This document shows, piece after piece, positions 9,011 through 18,700 of a DNA stretch of 64,000 bases (positions are counted from its first letter, which is position 1; each line of letters opens with the position of its first letter). A program made the translations under genes and the position numbers. Origin of the DNA: Desulfovirgula sp. (lineage in GTDB: Bacteria; Bacillota; Desulfotomaculia; Desulfotomaculales; Nap2-2B); the NCBI GenBank assembly GCA_020725585.1, contig DYES01000031.1:889-64888 (forward strand). The letters run 5' to 3'. The notes under the pieces are model-generated. The model saw only the letters and a list, made by a program, of their open reading frames with translations, was not told the DNA's origin and did not search any database.

Positions 9011-9958
9011 TTATTTCCATAGCTTTTGGATCTCGATCCCTTTATAATAAAATTTGACGATGTCTTCGGGGGAATAGCCCTGCTCCGCCAACCTCTTCGC
9101 TCCCCATTGGCATAGGCCGACTCCGTGGCCAAAGCCTTTTCCCTTCAAAACAAGCTGGTTATTCTCCACTTTTAGATCCGTAAGAAATGTGGAGCGAACC
9201 CATTCGCTGCCCAGGGCCAAACGCAAAGCCGGGGCGCCCACGGTTACACTTCCCAGCTGCAGCTCCTGGGCCCTTCCCGAAGGGCCGTATTTAGCAATGC
9301 GCACAGAAGCAATCGCGCCCGGATCCCGTCCGGTAATTTCCTTCACCGCCGTACGCACCCGCTCCAGCGGGATCCGCGTCTCCCAGGAGCGGTTTTCGGG
9401 GGTGGTAACGGCCAGACAATTATCTTTGATTCCGGCCTTGAGATAAGGTGTCGGCGTTTTGGTGTAAGCCAGCCCCTCGGCCGCCGAGGCTGTTACACCG
9501 CCGTCACAGGCGTTAAACCAGGCCTTCACGTAGCTGCCCTGATAAGTTGCTACCTCCCCGCGGGTACGCGCCACCGCCTGGCGTACATTATTGTTGATTC
9601 GGGAGGGATTGTAAGCCTGAAATTCTTGTGGGCTTGTGGACACATCCGTGCCGCGCAGTTGCTTTATCTGCCCACTTTTCAGATTATCCATGGTATAGGT
9701 ACGGGCTAAAATGGCCTGGGCCGCTAAAGCGTTTACCGGCCAGGTGGGCTCCATTTCCGCCGCCACCACCCCGGCAATGTAATCTTCCAGTTTGATTTGC
9801 TTCTTCTCGCCGGTTTCATTGACGAAGATGGTGATTGTGGGCTCGCTCCGCGGGGCGCCGGGAATAGGCTTGCGCGGGGCCTGCCGGGCGCATCCTCCCA
9901 CCAGAAGACCGAAAATAGATGCGCTGATGATTATTCCGGTAAACCAGCGAATCTTCAT
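9011..9958 (-). CDS. spoIID: Stage II sporulation protein D (SpoIID/LytB lytic transglycosylase)
   Basis: 315 aa with a signal/anchor and Cys (LLVGGC). SpoIID motifs EMEPTWPVNALAAQAILARTY and GHGVGLCQWGA. Confidence 0.85.
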   Translation of the reverse strand: MKIRWFTGIIISASIFGLLVGGCARQAPRKPIPGAPRSEPTITIFVNETGEKKQIKLEDYIAGVVAAEMEPTWPVNALAAQAILARTYTMDNLKSGQIKQLRGTDVSTSPQEFQAYNPSRINNNVRQAVARTRGEVATYQGSYVKAWFNACDGGVTASAAEGLAYTKTPTPYLKAGIKDNCLAVTTPENRSWETRIPLERVRTAVKEITGRDPGAIASVRIAKYGPSGRAQELQLGSVTVGAPALRLALGSEWVRSTFLTDLKVENNQLVLKGKGFGHGVGLCQWGAKRLAEQGYSPEDIVKFYYKGIEIQKLWK

Positions 9959-10713
9959 TTTACTTCCCCCTTGCAGCTCTTTTTTTTAGCTTAACCCAGG
10001 GGAAGAAAAATATGTGATTTACCGGAAAAAGCCTTCCACCTCCCCAAAAACGAATTCCGTACGGCCGGTTTGTACGGGGGCTTTTTAGGTCAGGCCTTTT
10101 TCTTTTCGTTTCAGGCATGTCCTTCCCTTTTTTGCTTTTTGCTTTTTTCTTCTTCAAAACCTTAATTAAGAATAAAAATTTTTTGGGCCAGGCGCCCGCA
10201 CCTTAAAGGACCCCTTTTTAAAAAAGGCCTTTTAAGAGAACCTACCGGCCAGCTAAAACCTTCAAGATTCCCACCCCCCGCAATGATGGTCAGCCCTGGT
10301 TGCTTTCATTTTTTAAGGCGCCGCCGGGAGAACGCCGAAAAGGATCGGCAGGAAAGCGGCAAAACCGTAATGGCCAGCGGCACCATCTGGTTTTGCACAA
10401 TTTTTTGAAGAAAACTTCTCACCGGTGCAACCAGTTCGGGGCCGGAATTGATCACATCCTGAAGGAGATGTGTCCTGTTCTCGGTCACCACTCCGGCCAA
10501 AAACACGAAAACAATGATTAAGATCAGAACTATTCTGCTGGGTTTACTACCTGTTTTCCTATTCGTGTAACCTCCCTCCTTTGCAAAAAAATGTATTTAT
10601 TACTAATTTTACCATATTAAGGCAAGTCCCCATTTTAAGCATTTCAGCTAAAAAACTGTATATTTTCATAACTAAAACACTTTATCTTTGTTTATCTTTC
10701 TTTTGCTCCTACA

Positions 10714-10746
10714 TAAAAAATTAAGGCCTTTTGAAAAAGGCCTTAA
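10714..10746 (-). terminator. Intrinsic terminator after hslR/yabO
   Basis: Minus strand: TTAAGGCCTTTTtcAAAAGGCCTTAA followed by TTTTTTAT. The 5' arm overlaps the stop codon. Confidence 0.6.
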
Positions 10747-11012
10747 TTTTCACCTTCATCTGTAATTTTTCTGTCTTCTAGTATCCGGTATAATTCGGTG
10801 GCCATTTTCGCCGGGACGTTTGCACACCCGCAAACCTCTACTTTTAACTGACGGTATCCAAAATTAATGATGACAACATCACCAGGTTTGACTTCTGCGC
10901 CGGCTTTGGCCACTCTTCCGTTAAGAGTTACCTGGCCTCTGACGCAAATTTCCTTCGCCAGCGTTCGCCGTTTGACCAACCGTGATACTTTTAGGAATTT
11001 ATCCAGGCGCAC
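10743..11012 (-). CDS. yabO: S4-domain RNA-binding protein (heat shock protein 15 / YabO-like)
   Basis: 89 aa. MRLDKFLKVSRLVKRRTLAKEICVRGQVTLNGRVAKAGAEVKPGDVV is an S4 domain. Confidence 0.8.
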   Translation of the reverse strand: MRLDKFLKVSRLVKRRTLAKEICVRGQVTLNGRVAKAGAEVKPGDVVIINFGYRQLKVEVCGCANVPAKMATELYRILEDRKITDEGEN

Positions 11013-11037
11013 TATGCTTTTTTAAGGTGCCCGCTCC

Positions 11038-11310
11038 TTATGAAACAACTTCCCGCAAAGATTTTCCTGCTTTAAAAACCGGCACGCGGGCGGCGGCAAT
11101 TTCAATTTCTTCGCCCGTCTGCGGATTCCGCCCCTTGCGGGCAGCACGTTCGCGGACTTCAAAAGTACCGAAGCCCACCAGTTGGACCTTGTCCCCTCTG
11201 GCCAGAGCCTCTTCGATCGCCGCCAACATCGCGCTAACCGCCTTCTCGGCATCCTTTTTGGTCATGTCCGATTTTTCTGCCACCTGAGCAATCAATTCTG
11301 CTTTGTTCAT
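11038..11310 (-). CDS. hup: DNA-binding protein HU
   Basis: 90 aa. [13 protein letters not shown]...[38 protein letters not shown] is a canonical HU. Confidence 0.9.
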   Translation of the reverse strand: MNKAELIAQVAEKSDMTKKDAEKAVSAMLAAIEEALARGDKVQLVGFGTFEVRERAARKGRNPQTGEEIEIAAARVPVFKAGKSLREVVS

Positions 11311-11392
11311 AAATACCCCCCTTAATGGTTTTTGATCATGCCTTATTATTCGCTAAATCTAAAAAAGTTCCTTCTGGCAAGGAAAATAAATC

Positions 11393-12874
11393 CTACTTTT
11401 TTTTCGTTTCTTCAACTTTTTTTGCTTCCTCCCACCAGCTGTCCAATTCTTCCAAGGTGCAATCGGTAAGCTTACGCCTTTGCTGGCGCGCTTTTTCCTC
11501 CACGTAACGGAAGCGCCGGATGAACTTGTCCACCGTGGCGGCTAACGCCATTTCCGCATCCGTTTTAAGCAACCGAGCAAGGTTAACTACGGCAAAGAGC
11601 AAATCTCCTATTTCCTCTTTAATCTGCTCGGGATTGTTTCTCGCAATGGCCGAAGACAATTCATTAAGCTCCTCGTCAATCTTCTGCCGCGCCCCCCGGT
11701 AGTCGGACCAATCAAAACCTGCTTTCGACACTCTGGACTGCACCCGTTGGGCCCTTAAAAGGGCCGGCAGGCTGGTTGGAATCCCGTCTAAAAGAGACCC
11801 GCGGCCAGTCCATTCTTTCTCCGTGCTTTTGATTTTTTCCCAGTTCGCTTCTACTTCCCGGCTGTCAGCCACAGACAGATTTCCAAAGACGTGGGGGTGT
11901 CTGCGGAACATTTTTTCGGTAATTCCCGCAATGACGTCGTTAATGTCAAAATGTCTGCCCTCGCTTGCGATCTGAGCATGGAAAACAATTTGTAGTAATA
12001 AGTCTCCCAATTCCTCACATATTTTATACATATCCCCCTGGTTTATCGCCTCCACAACTTCGTAAGCCTCTTCTAAAAGATATTTCCGGAGAGTGTGGTG
12101 GTTTTGTTCGCGATCCCAGGGACAGCCGTTTTTTCCCCGCAAGGCGGCCATGACGTCAACCAGAGGATCGAGCGGGTAGTCGCACTTTTTTGCTTTTGCC
12201 GGGCACGGGGGCAGGTAGATGCTCGTCAAGTGGTCCAGCCAGTCCAAATGATCCAGGTCGTGCAAGGGATGCTGCTCAATTCTTTGCCAATCGGGCACAC
12301 CTGCCGCCCTGATTACTGTCGTCAGATGATCTTCCGGATAGTACTCCATCAATGATAATTTCACGTCGGAGGCAACTAATTTGTTATATACCTGAATTAT
12401 TATATTCCCTACCCGGGGGTCCGGTTTTTGTTCGCCCAAGCGGAGCCCATCCACAATATGGATGCCCGCGGCGGGGTTTAAATTTAAGACTGTGTAAAGA
12501 GCATCTAAAAAACTCATGGCCGGCAACACTTCTATTTGCAGACCCGCATCTTTTCCTTCTTTCAAAATTAATTCTACTGATTCTTCGGCGACCAGAGGGT
12601 TGCCCGGCACGGCGTAAACCAGCGGAGCAGCTTTCGCTTCCTCAAAAACAAGAGCGGCAATTTGCCGGTATACCTCCTGAAAATCCCGGCTATTTTCGTA
12701 ACAAAAGTCAAACGTGCGAAAATTGATTCCCTGCCGCCTCAACCATGACGCCGCCGGATGCTGCTCCGTGCGCAAAAAAATCCGCGGACTGCTTTTCAAC
12801 ACCTCCCACACAGACAAAGGTATGTGGCCGGGGTGACCGGGGCCAAGCCCGGCAATAGTTATGTCTGCCCTCAT
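11393..12874 (-). CDS. mazG: MazG nucleotide pyrophosphohydrolase fused to an N-terminal tetrapyrrole-methylase-like domain (YabN type)
   Basis: 493 aa. The N-terminal ITIAGLGPG... is methylase-like. There are two MazG repeats (EEAYEVVEAI..., ELGDLLLQIVFHAQ; EEIGDLLFAVVNLAR). It sits next to spoVT as in Bacillus. Confidence 0.85.
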   Translation of the reverse strand: MRADITIAGLGPGHPGHIPLSVWEVLKSSPRIFLRTEQHPAASWLRRQGINFRTFDFCYENSRDFQEVYRQIAALVFEEAKAAPLVYAVPGNPLVAEESVELILKEGKDAGLQIEVLPAMSFLDALYTVLNLNPAAGIHIVDGLRLGEQKPDPRVGNIIIQVYNKLVASDVKLSLMEYYPEDHLTTVIRAAGVPDWQRIEQHPLHDLDHLDWLDHLTSIYLPPCPAKAKKCDYPLDPLVDVMAALRGKNGCPWDREQNHHTLRKYLLEEAYEVVEAINQGDMYKICEELGDLLLQIVFHAQIASEGRHFDINDVIAGITEKMFRRHPHVFGNLSVADSREVEANWEKIKSTEKEWTGRGSLLDGIPTSLPALLRAQRVQSRVSKAGFDWSDYRGARQKIDEELNELSSAIARNNPEQIKEEIGDLLFAVVNLARLLKTDAEMALAATVDKFIRRFRYVEEKARQQRRKLTDCTLEELDSWWEEAKKVEETKKK

Positions 12875-12986
12875 CGTTTAACCTCTCTCCCGGCGGCTGC
12901 CGACTTCACCCGCCGGGTTAAGCCAGGCGTTTCACCCCTTTCCCTATATCTTCGGTTAAGCTCACCGTTTTTTAGAGGATGACGAA

Positions 12987-13016
12987 TAAAAAAGGTGGCC
13001 GGCCGCCACCTTTTTT
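12987..13016 (-). terminator. Bidirectional-looking intrinsic terminator after spoVT
   Basis: AAAAAAGGTGGCcggccGCCACCTTTTTT: a GC stem flanked by an A-run and a T-run. Confidence 0.65.
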
Positions 13017-13023
13017 ATTGCCT

Positions 13024-13584
13024 TTATTGCTCCATCTGCTTGGCCAGGAACCCGGCTGCCGTCTCCGCCAGCTTTAGCTCCAACTCTCCCATCTTCACAT
13101 TTGGTTCCTTGGAAGCCAGGATTACAGCCCCGATGGGATCTCCTTCGGCGATAATCGGTGCGATCACCTCAGCGGAATACTTGCACTCTCCATCCTCAAC
13201 AATCATGCATTCCTTGCAGAAGGGATCCTCGCCAGGATTGTTGATGATGATCGCCCTGCGTTCTTCCATCGCCTTCTCTACGGCGGGTCCAACCGGTTTA
13301 TTGATGTATTCTTTTTTTGGAGCTCCGGCAACAGCGATAATGGTATCGCGGTCAGCAATACAGGCTATGTGCCCCAATGCCTCGTATAAAGAGTCGGCGT
13401 ACTCCTTGGCAAAGTCCCCCAGCTCACCAATAGGCGAGTATTTCTTTAAAATTACCTCACCTTCCCTGTCTACAAAAATTTCCAGCGGGTCACCTTCACG
13501 AATCCGTAATGTCCTGCGGATCTCTTTAGGGATCACCACTCGTCCTAAGTCGTCTATACGGCGCACAATACCGGTTGCTTTCAT
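13024..13584 (-). CDS. spoVT: Stage V sporulation protein T (AbrB-type N-terminus plus GAF-like C-terminus)
   Basis: 186 aa. MKATGIVRRIDDLGRVVIPKEIRRTLRIREGDPLEIF is a SpoVT/AbrB swapped-hairpin domain. Length and neighbourhood (mfd side) fit SpoVT. Confidence 0.85.
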   Translation of the reverse strand: MKATGIVRRIDDLGRVVIPKEIRRTLRIREGDPLEIFVDREGEVILKKYSPIGELGDFAKEYADSLYEALGHIACIADRDTIIAVAGAPKKEYINKPVGPAVEKAMEERRAIIINNPGEDPFCKECMIVEDGECKYSAEVIAPIIAEGDPIGAVILASKEPNVKMGELELKLAETAAGFLAKQMEQ

Positions 13585-13719
13585 GGATCACCCTTCCCTC
13601 CCATTTTGCGTAATGATCGCAATGATACTTTAGTGATAGTATATAACAAGAGGGAAGGACTTATTCATTTTTTACCAGGTCATTAGACAAAGATTTTTCA
13701 TCTTTCGCGAAAATCCACC

Positions 13720-14727
13720 CTACTGCCCGACGTTTTCTTTTGTTAATTTATTAACAATAGTCGCCTTGCTTTTGAGATCGGCCAGGTATTCTGAAAAGGC
13801 CTTTTGCCTGGCCTGCTCACGAAGGTAAGCGACAATCTCGCCCTTTACCTCCGTAAAAGGCTTCACCTGGGCAGGAAGGATTTTTTCCAGCCTGATTACA
13901 TGATAGCCATATTGTGTGCGCACCGGCTCGGGGGAGATTTGACCCGGCGCAAGGCCCAAGACCGCCTTTTCAAATTCGGGATCGGTTTCCCCCCGGCTAA
14001 ATGTATACACATCAGGAGAAGAACCGGCGCCTTGAGCTCTTTCTTTGGCCAGGGCGGCAAAATCTTCCCCTTGATTGAGCCTGTTCAAGATCTGCATAGC
14101 TTCCACCTTTGCTTCTACAAGCGCCTTTTGCCCTTCTCCGATCACCGGAATTAAAATCTGGCGTACTTGAAATTGCTCCGGGAGAGTAAAATTATCTTTA
14201 TTTTTCTCATAGAAATCTTTCGCCTGAGCCTCAGAAATATCCTCTAGATTTTTCCAGACCTGTTCCTGAACTGCCTGGATAGCCAGGTTTTTCTTCAGCA
14301 GATCCTTTAATTTGGGCTCGGAAAACCCATTGGCGGCTAAAAACTGCTTGTACTTCGCCTCCGATTCAAACTGCTCACGAAAATTTTTTATTTCCTCCTC
14401 CACTTCTTTTTCCGTGGGCCAAACATGTAACCGAGACGCTTCCTGCAGGAGCAGTTCTTCCTGGATCATTTGTTCCAAAACCTGCTGGCGCAGCAAAGCA
14501 AGCATTTTTTGCCCCTCGTCAGCTTTGAAACTAAAGCCCTGCTGTTCCAGCATCTTTTTCGCCTGACCAACTTCTTCTTCGAGCTGGCTAGAGGTAATTG
14601 GTTTTTCATTCACCGTGGCGACTACCCTGGGCCCACAGCCGGCAAGGAGAAACGAAAAAAGCAAACAAAACCCGACCAGCAACAGATTTACTCTGACCAA
14701 AACGGCTCCCTCCCTTTCAACGCCCAC
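13720..14727 (-). CDS. Parvulin-type peptidyl-prolyl isomerase lipoprotein (PrsA/SurA-like)
   Basis: 335 aa with lipobox LLAGCG. SurA-N-like helical region, then a PPIC rotamase segment (VRQILIPV ... YGYHVIRL). Confidence 0.75.
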   Translation of the reverse strand: MGVEREGAVLVRVNLLLVGFCLLFSFLLAGCGPRVVATVNEKPITSSQLEEEVGQAKKMLEQQGFSFKADEGQKMLALLRQQVLEQMIQEELLLQEASRLHVWPTEKEVEEEIKNFREQFESEAKYKQFLAANGFSEPKLKDLLKKNLAIQAVQEQVWKNLEDISEAQAKDFYEKNKDNFTLPEQFQVRQILIPVIGEGQKALVEAKVEAMQILNRLNQGEDFAALAKERAQGAGSSPDVYTFSRGETDPEFEKAVLGLAPGQISPEPVRTQYGYHVIRLEKILPAQVKPFTEVKGEIVAYLREQARQKAFSEYLADLKSKATIVNKLTKENVGQ

Positions 14728-14892
14728 TATTATATAATGGAATGACCCGAAACTTCAACTAAAAAATTAAACTTGCACAAACGGCAAGCTGATCTCCATG
14801 AACAAAGGCACAAAGGCACAGGTGTACAAAAAACATTTACCGCAAAATTCTCCCCAATTCCCGGCCTTTGTGCCTCTCCTCTTAATTTACAA

Positions 14893-14921
14893 TTGTCACG
14901 GCTCTCCACTTGTGTTATAGT
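14893..14921 (+). promoter_or_regulatory. Candidate plus-strand promoter (TTGTCA-17 nt-TGtTATAGT) pointing antisense into the Ner-like gene
   Basis: Sequence TTGTCAcggctctccacttgTGtTATAGT. No plus-strand CDS follows before 15252. Confidence 0.3.
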
Positions 14922-14943
14922 AGCCTTAGTTAGCTAATACTGT

Positions 14944-15159
14944 TTATTTAGTGGATTCAGGCCAGATTTCTGATTCCGGACGGCCGATTGCCCGCGCGAT
15001 AAACGGCCTGATGCGGCGCCCACGATAGGAATATTTCCCAGCGATGGTCATAGTTACTGCTTCACCACTTACGCCCGCCTGACGGGCGATGTCGATGATC
15101 TTAATCCCTCTGCGCACCAGTTCGGCTTTAATTTCATTAGGGCTCATCCCTTTGGACAA
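14944..15159 (-). CDS. Ner/Nlp-like small HTH DNA-binding protein
   Basis: 71 aa. EIKAELVRRGIKIIDIARQAGVSGEAVTMTIAG...IARAIGRPESEIWP resembles the Ner/Nlp pattern, including the C-terminal IWP. TTG start with AAAGGAG 8 nt upstream. Confidence 0.5.
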   Translation of the reverse strand: MSKGMSPNEIKAELVRRGIKIIDIARQAGVSGEAVTMTIAGKYSYRGRRIRPFIARAIGRPESEIWPESTK

Positions 15160-15193
15160 TGCACTCGCTCCTTTCCGGATGTAGCTTAGTTTT

Positions 15194-15223
15194 ATAATAA
15201 TGTATCTGCGGTTAATTTGTCAA
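15194..15223. promoter_or_regulatory. Divergent promoter region between the Ner-like and XRE genes
   Basis: Minus strand: TTGACAaattaaccgcagatacatTATTAT (18 nt spacer). The same AT box reads TATAAT on the plus strand (15193-15198), so the -10 elements overlap back to back. Confidence 0.4.
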
Positions 15224-15251
15224 CTTGTCGTGATTCTGAGGTGAAGTATTT

Positions 15252-15764
15252 GTGTCTACAATAGGAGAAAGGTTAAGGCAAATACGTCAGGAGCTGAGCC
15301 TCACCCAAACGCAGCTGGCTCAAAAAGTGGGTATTCGCCCCCAGCATATCAACGGGATTGAGCGCGGTCTAAAAATTCCTTCCGATCAGCTAATTAAAAA
15401 TATTTGCCGGGAATTAGGGATTCGCGAGGAATGGTTGCGCTACGGAAAAGAGCCTGTCTTTACTCCCATAGAAGAAGAGCTCATCAAACTGATGGCCCGC
15501 TACGGACGACGAGCGATCCTGGAGCAATGTATCAGGCTGGCGCGGGAAGAAGGAGATGTTTATCTGCAAAACCAGCTAAAAGAGTCGCTGGACAGTTTAA
15601 GCCTTTCCGCCCTTTACCGCATGGTTCAGTACCTCATTGAAACCTATACGCACTCCGATCAAAAAACCCAGCACTGGATGGAGGTCCAGTTTGAAAGGGC
15701 CTTTCCCGAGTTCAAGGAAGCCCTGCAGAAAAGAAATTATAGCTTTCCCTCCAGTGAAAGGTAA
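15252..15764 (+). CDS. XRE-family (Cro/cI-type) HTH regulator with an uncharacterised C-terminal domain
   Basis: 170 aa. IGERLRQIRQELSLTQTQLAQKVGIRPQHINGIERG is a classic XRE HTH. GTG start after GAGGTGAAG. Confidence 0.7.
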   Translation: MSTIGERLRQIRQELSLTQTQLAQKVGIRPQHINGIERGLKIPSDQLIKNICRELGIREEWLRYGKEPVFTPIEEELIKLMARYGRRAILEQCIRLAREEGDVYLQNQLKESLDSLSLSALYRMVQYLIETYTHSDQKTQHWMEVQFERAFPEFKEALQKRNYSFPSSER

Positions 15765-15799
15765 TTTTATCTTGCGCGCTTTCCCCTAATTGTTGGTTT

Positions 15800-18700
15800 T
15801 CAACCCATGCCTTGCAGCCGGTGCAGGAATTCCTTCAGGTTGCCAAGATAAGTTAAGGGCTCAGAAGGAGGAACCCTGGTGCGCAGCCGGATCTCAAAGC
15901 CATCGGAATTGGCAAACTTGACCCGGTTGTAATATTCTTTTCCAATCGAAACCAGAGTTTCTCCGTCGAGAGCATGTTCGGGGTAAAACTGCAGGCGGTA
16001 ACCGCCGTCCTGGCCGATGATGCTTTTAATCCCCAGCCGTCCGGCCAAAACCCTTAATTGTGCTACCGCCAGCAGGTTACGGGTGGACGCGGGCAAATCC
16101 CCAAAACGATCCACCAGTTCTTCCTCCAGGTCGGATACTTCCTCTTCCTTCCGCACGGCCGCCAGCCGGCGGTAAATATCCACCTTCTGGTTGGCATCGG
16201 GAATATAATCGTCCGGGATATAGGCCTCCACCGGCAATTCCACAGTGGTTTCCAGCGGCCGCTGAACAGGCTCGCCTTTTGCCTCCTGCACCGCTTCCGC
16301 CAGCAGCCGGCAATAAAGATCAAAGCCGACGGCGGCGATGTGGCCGTGCTGCTCCGGCCCCAGCAAATTGCCCGCGCCCCGGATTTCCAGGTCGCGCATG
16401 GCTATTTTGTAACCAGAGCCAAACTCCGTAAATTCCCGGATGGCGGCCAGCCTTTTCTCGGCCAGTTCGGAAAGCACCTGATCGCGGCGAAAAGTGAAGT
16501 AAGCGTAGGCCAGGCGGTTGGACCGTCCGACCCGCCCGCGCAGCTGGTAAAGTTGCGCCAGGCCCAAATTTTGGGCATCCTTGACAATTAATGTGTTGAC
16601 GTTGGGAATGTCCAGGCCGTTTTCAATAATTGTCGTGCACACCAAAATATCGTATAAACCTTCGATAAAGTCCATCATCACCTGCTCCAGATCGTCTTCA
16701 CGCATCTGCCCGTGAGCAATGGCAATCCTGGCTTCCGGCACCAGCCCCTGCAGCCAGGCGGCAACGCGGTCCAGGTCTGCCACCCGGTTGTAGACAAAAA
16801 ATACCTGCCCGCCGCGCCCCAGCTCCCGGCGGATGGCCTCCCGGATTAAAACGGGGTCTTCTTCTAAAACGTACGTTTGCACGGGAAAGCGGTTTTCAGG
16901 CGGGGTTTCCAAAAGGCTGGTATCCCGGATCCCGATGAGCGACATGTGCAAGGTGCGGGGTATAGGTGTAGCGGTAAGCGTTAAAACGTCCACATCCTGC
17001 TTTAACTGCTTGAGTCTCTCTTTATGGGCCACCCCAAAGCGCTGCTCTTCGTCGACTACAACCAGGCCCAGGTTCTTAAAGGTAACGTCCTCTTGAACCA
17101 GCCGGTGGGTACCGATGACAATATCTACTTTCCCCTCTTTGATGGCCGCAATGACCTGGCGCTGCTCCTTCGGTGAACGGAACCTGCTGAGCATTTCAAT
17201 GGTGACTGGAAACCCGGCAAAGCGCTCGCGAAAAGTGTTGTAGTGCTGCTGCGCCAAAACCGTCGTGGGCACCAAAACGGCCACCTGCTTCCCCTCAACC
17301 ACCGCTTTAAACGCCGCCCGCAAGGCGATTTCGGTTTTCCCGTAGCCGACGTCGCCGCAGAGCAACCGGTCCATGGGCCGGGGGCGCTCCATATCGGCTT
17401 TCACTTCCGCGATGGCCCGCCACTGGTCGGGAGTCTCTTCGTAGGGAAAATTAGCCTCAAACTCCTTTTGCCAGACCGTATCCGGAGCAAAGGCGTGGCC
17501 GGGGAGTTTTTGCCTGGCCGCATAAAGGGCCAGCAGCTCATCGGCCATTTCCCGCACCGCTTCTTTTACCCGGCTTTTGACGCGGGACCATTCATTGCTC
17601 CCCAGGCGCGACAACCTGGGCGCTACTCCTTCCGCCCCTAGATACTTTTGAATTAGCCCGATCTGGTCGACGGGAACATACAATTTATCCTCTCCGGCAT
17701 ATTGGATGAGCAGGTAGTCTTTCTGTACGCCTTCAATACAGAGGGAAACCACCCCCTGGTAGCGGCCAATGCCGTGATTTACGTGCACGACATAATCCCC
17801 CGGTTTTAAATCTGCCAGAGGCACGGTTTCCTTTGCCTTCCGGTAGCGTTCCCGCCGCGGGGGACGCAACTCTCCGTAGATCTCATTTTCGGTAATGACC
17901 GACAGCTTGCCGGATATGAGCTCAAAGCCGTTAATCAGGCGGCCTAAAGAAATAACCACATTGCCGGGGCGCACTTCCTGGGTGAGCGTGCGAACGCAAA
18001 ACGCGTCAATTTGCGCGTCCCGCAAATATTCCTGCAGGTGCCGGGCGCGCTCCTCGGTATTGACCAGCAAGACGACCGCGTAACCCATTCTTTTATAGCG
18101 CTGAATTTCACTGGCCAGCATATCCAGGCGCCCCAGGAAAGTTTGCATCCCCCTGGTGGCAAAAGTGATTACGTTTTGCGGGTAGATATCCTTGGGCTGC
18201 CTGGGCAAAAACGATACGTAAATGACTCTTTGGCGGGCCAGGCCGTCGTTTAATTTTGACCAATCCGCATAAGAATGAAACTGGCCGGGCAAAACCTTGC
18301 CCGCAGTTAAAAGATCAGTATAAGTCTGTTCGCGTTCCTTATGGATGCTTTCCACTATTTCCTTCAAGCGCAGGGGATCGTTGACTACGACGATGCTTTT
18401 GGGCGGCAGGTAATCAAGCAAAGTATGCTGCCGGGAATAAAAATAAGGTAAATACTGCTCCCACTCGATCGAAAACCCCCCGGCGGCCAGCTGGCTGATC
18501 ATCCTTTCGGCAAGCTCCGCCTGCAGTGCTTTTGCCTCTGCACCGAACTTCGTTTTAGAAATTTTCTTTAATTGATTGTTGTATTCCGCTTCTAATTTTT
18601 CCAGCGCCCGCATCCTGATCTCATCGTCAATCACCAGCTCGGTGGCCGCGTAAAAAGACACGCCGTCTACTCTTTTCTCCGAACGCTGGGACTCCGCGTC

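Noticed and set aside
9960-10157. 65 aa Lys/Arg-rich minus-strand ORF after spoIID
   Set aside because: It has low-complexity basic composition from an A/T-rich homopolymeric stretch, no RBS, and lies upstream of the spoIID promoter region. Probably not coding.
12995-13633. 212 aa plus-strand ORF antisense to spoVT
   Set aside because: The SpoVT frame is unambiguous. The antisense ORF is Ser/Ile/Ala-rich without domain features and starts inside a terminator hairpin.
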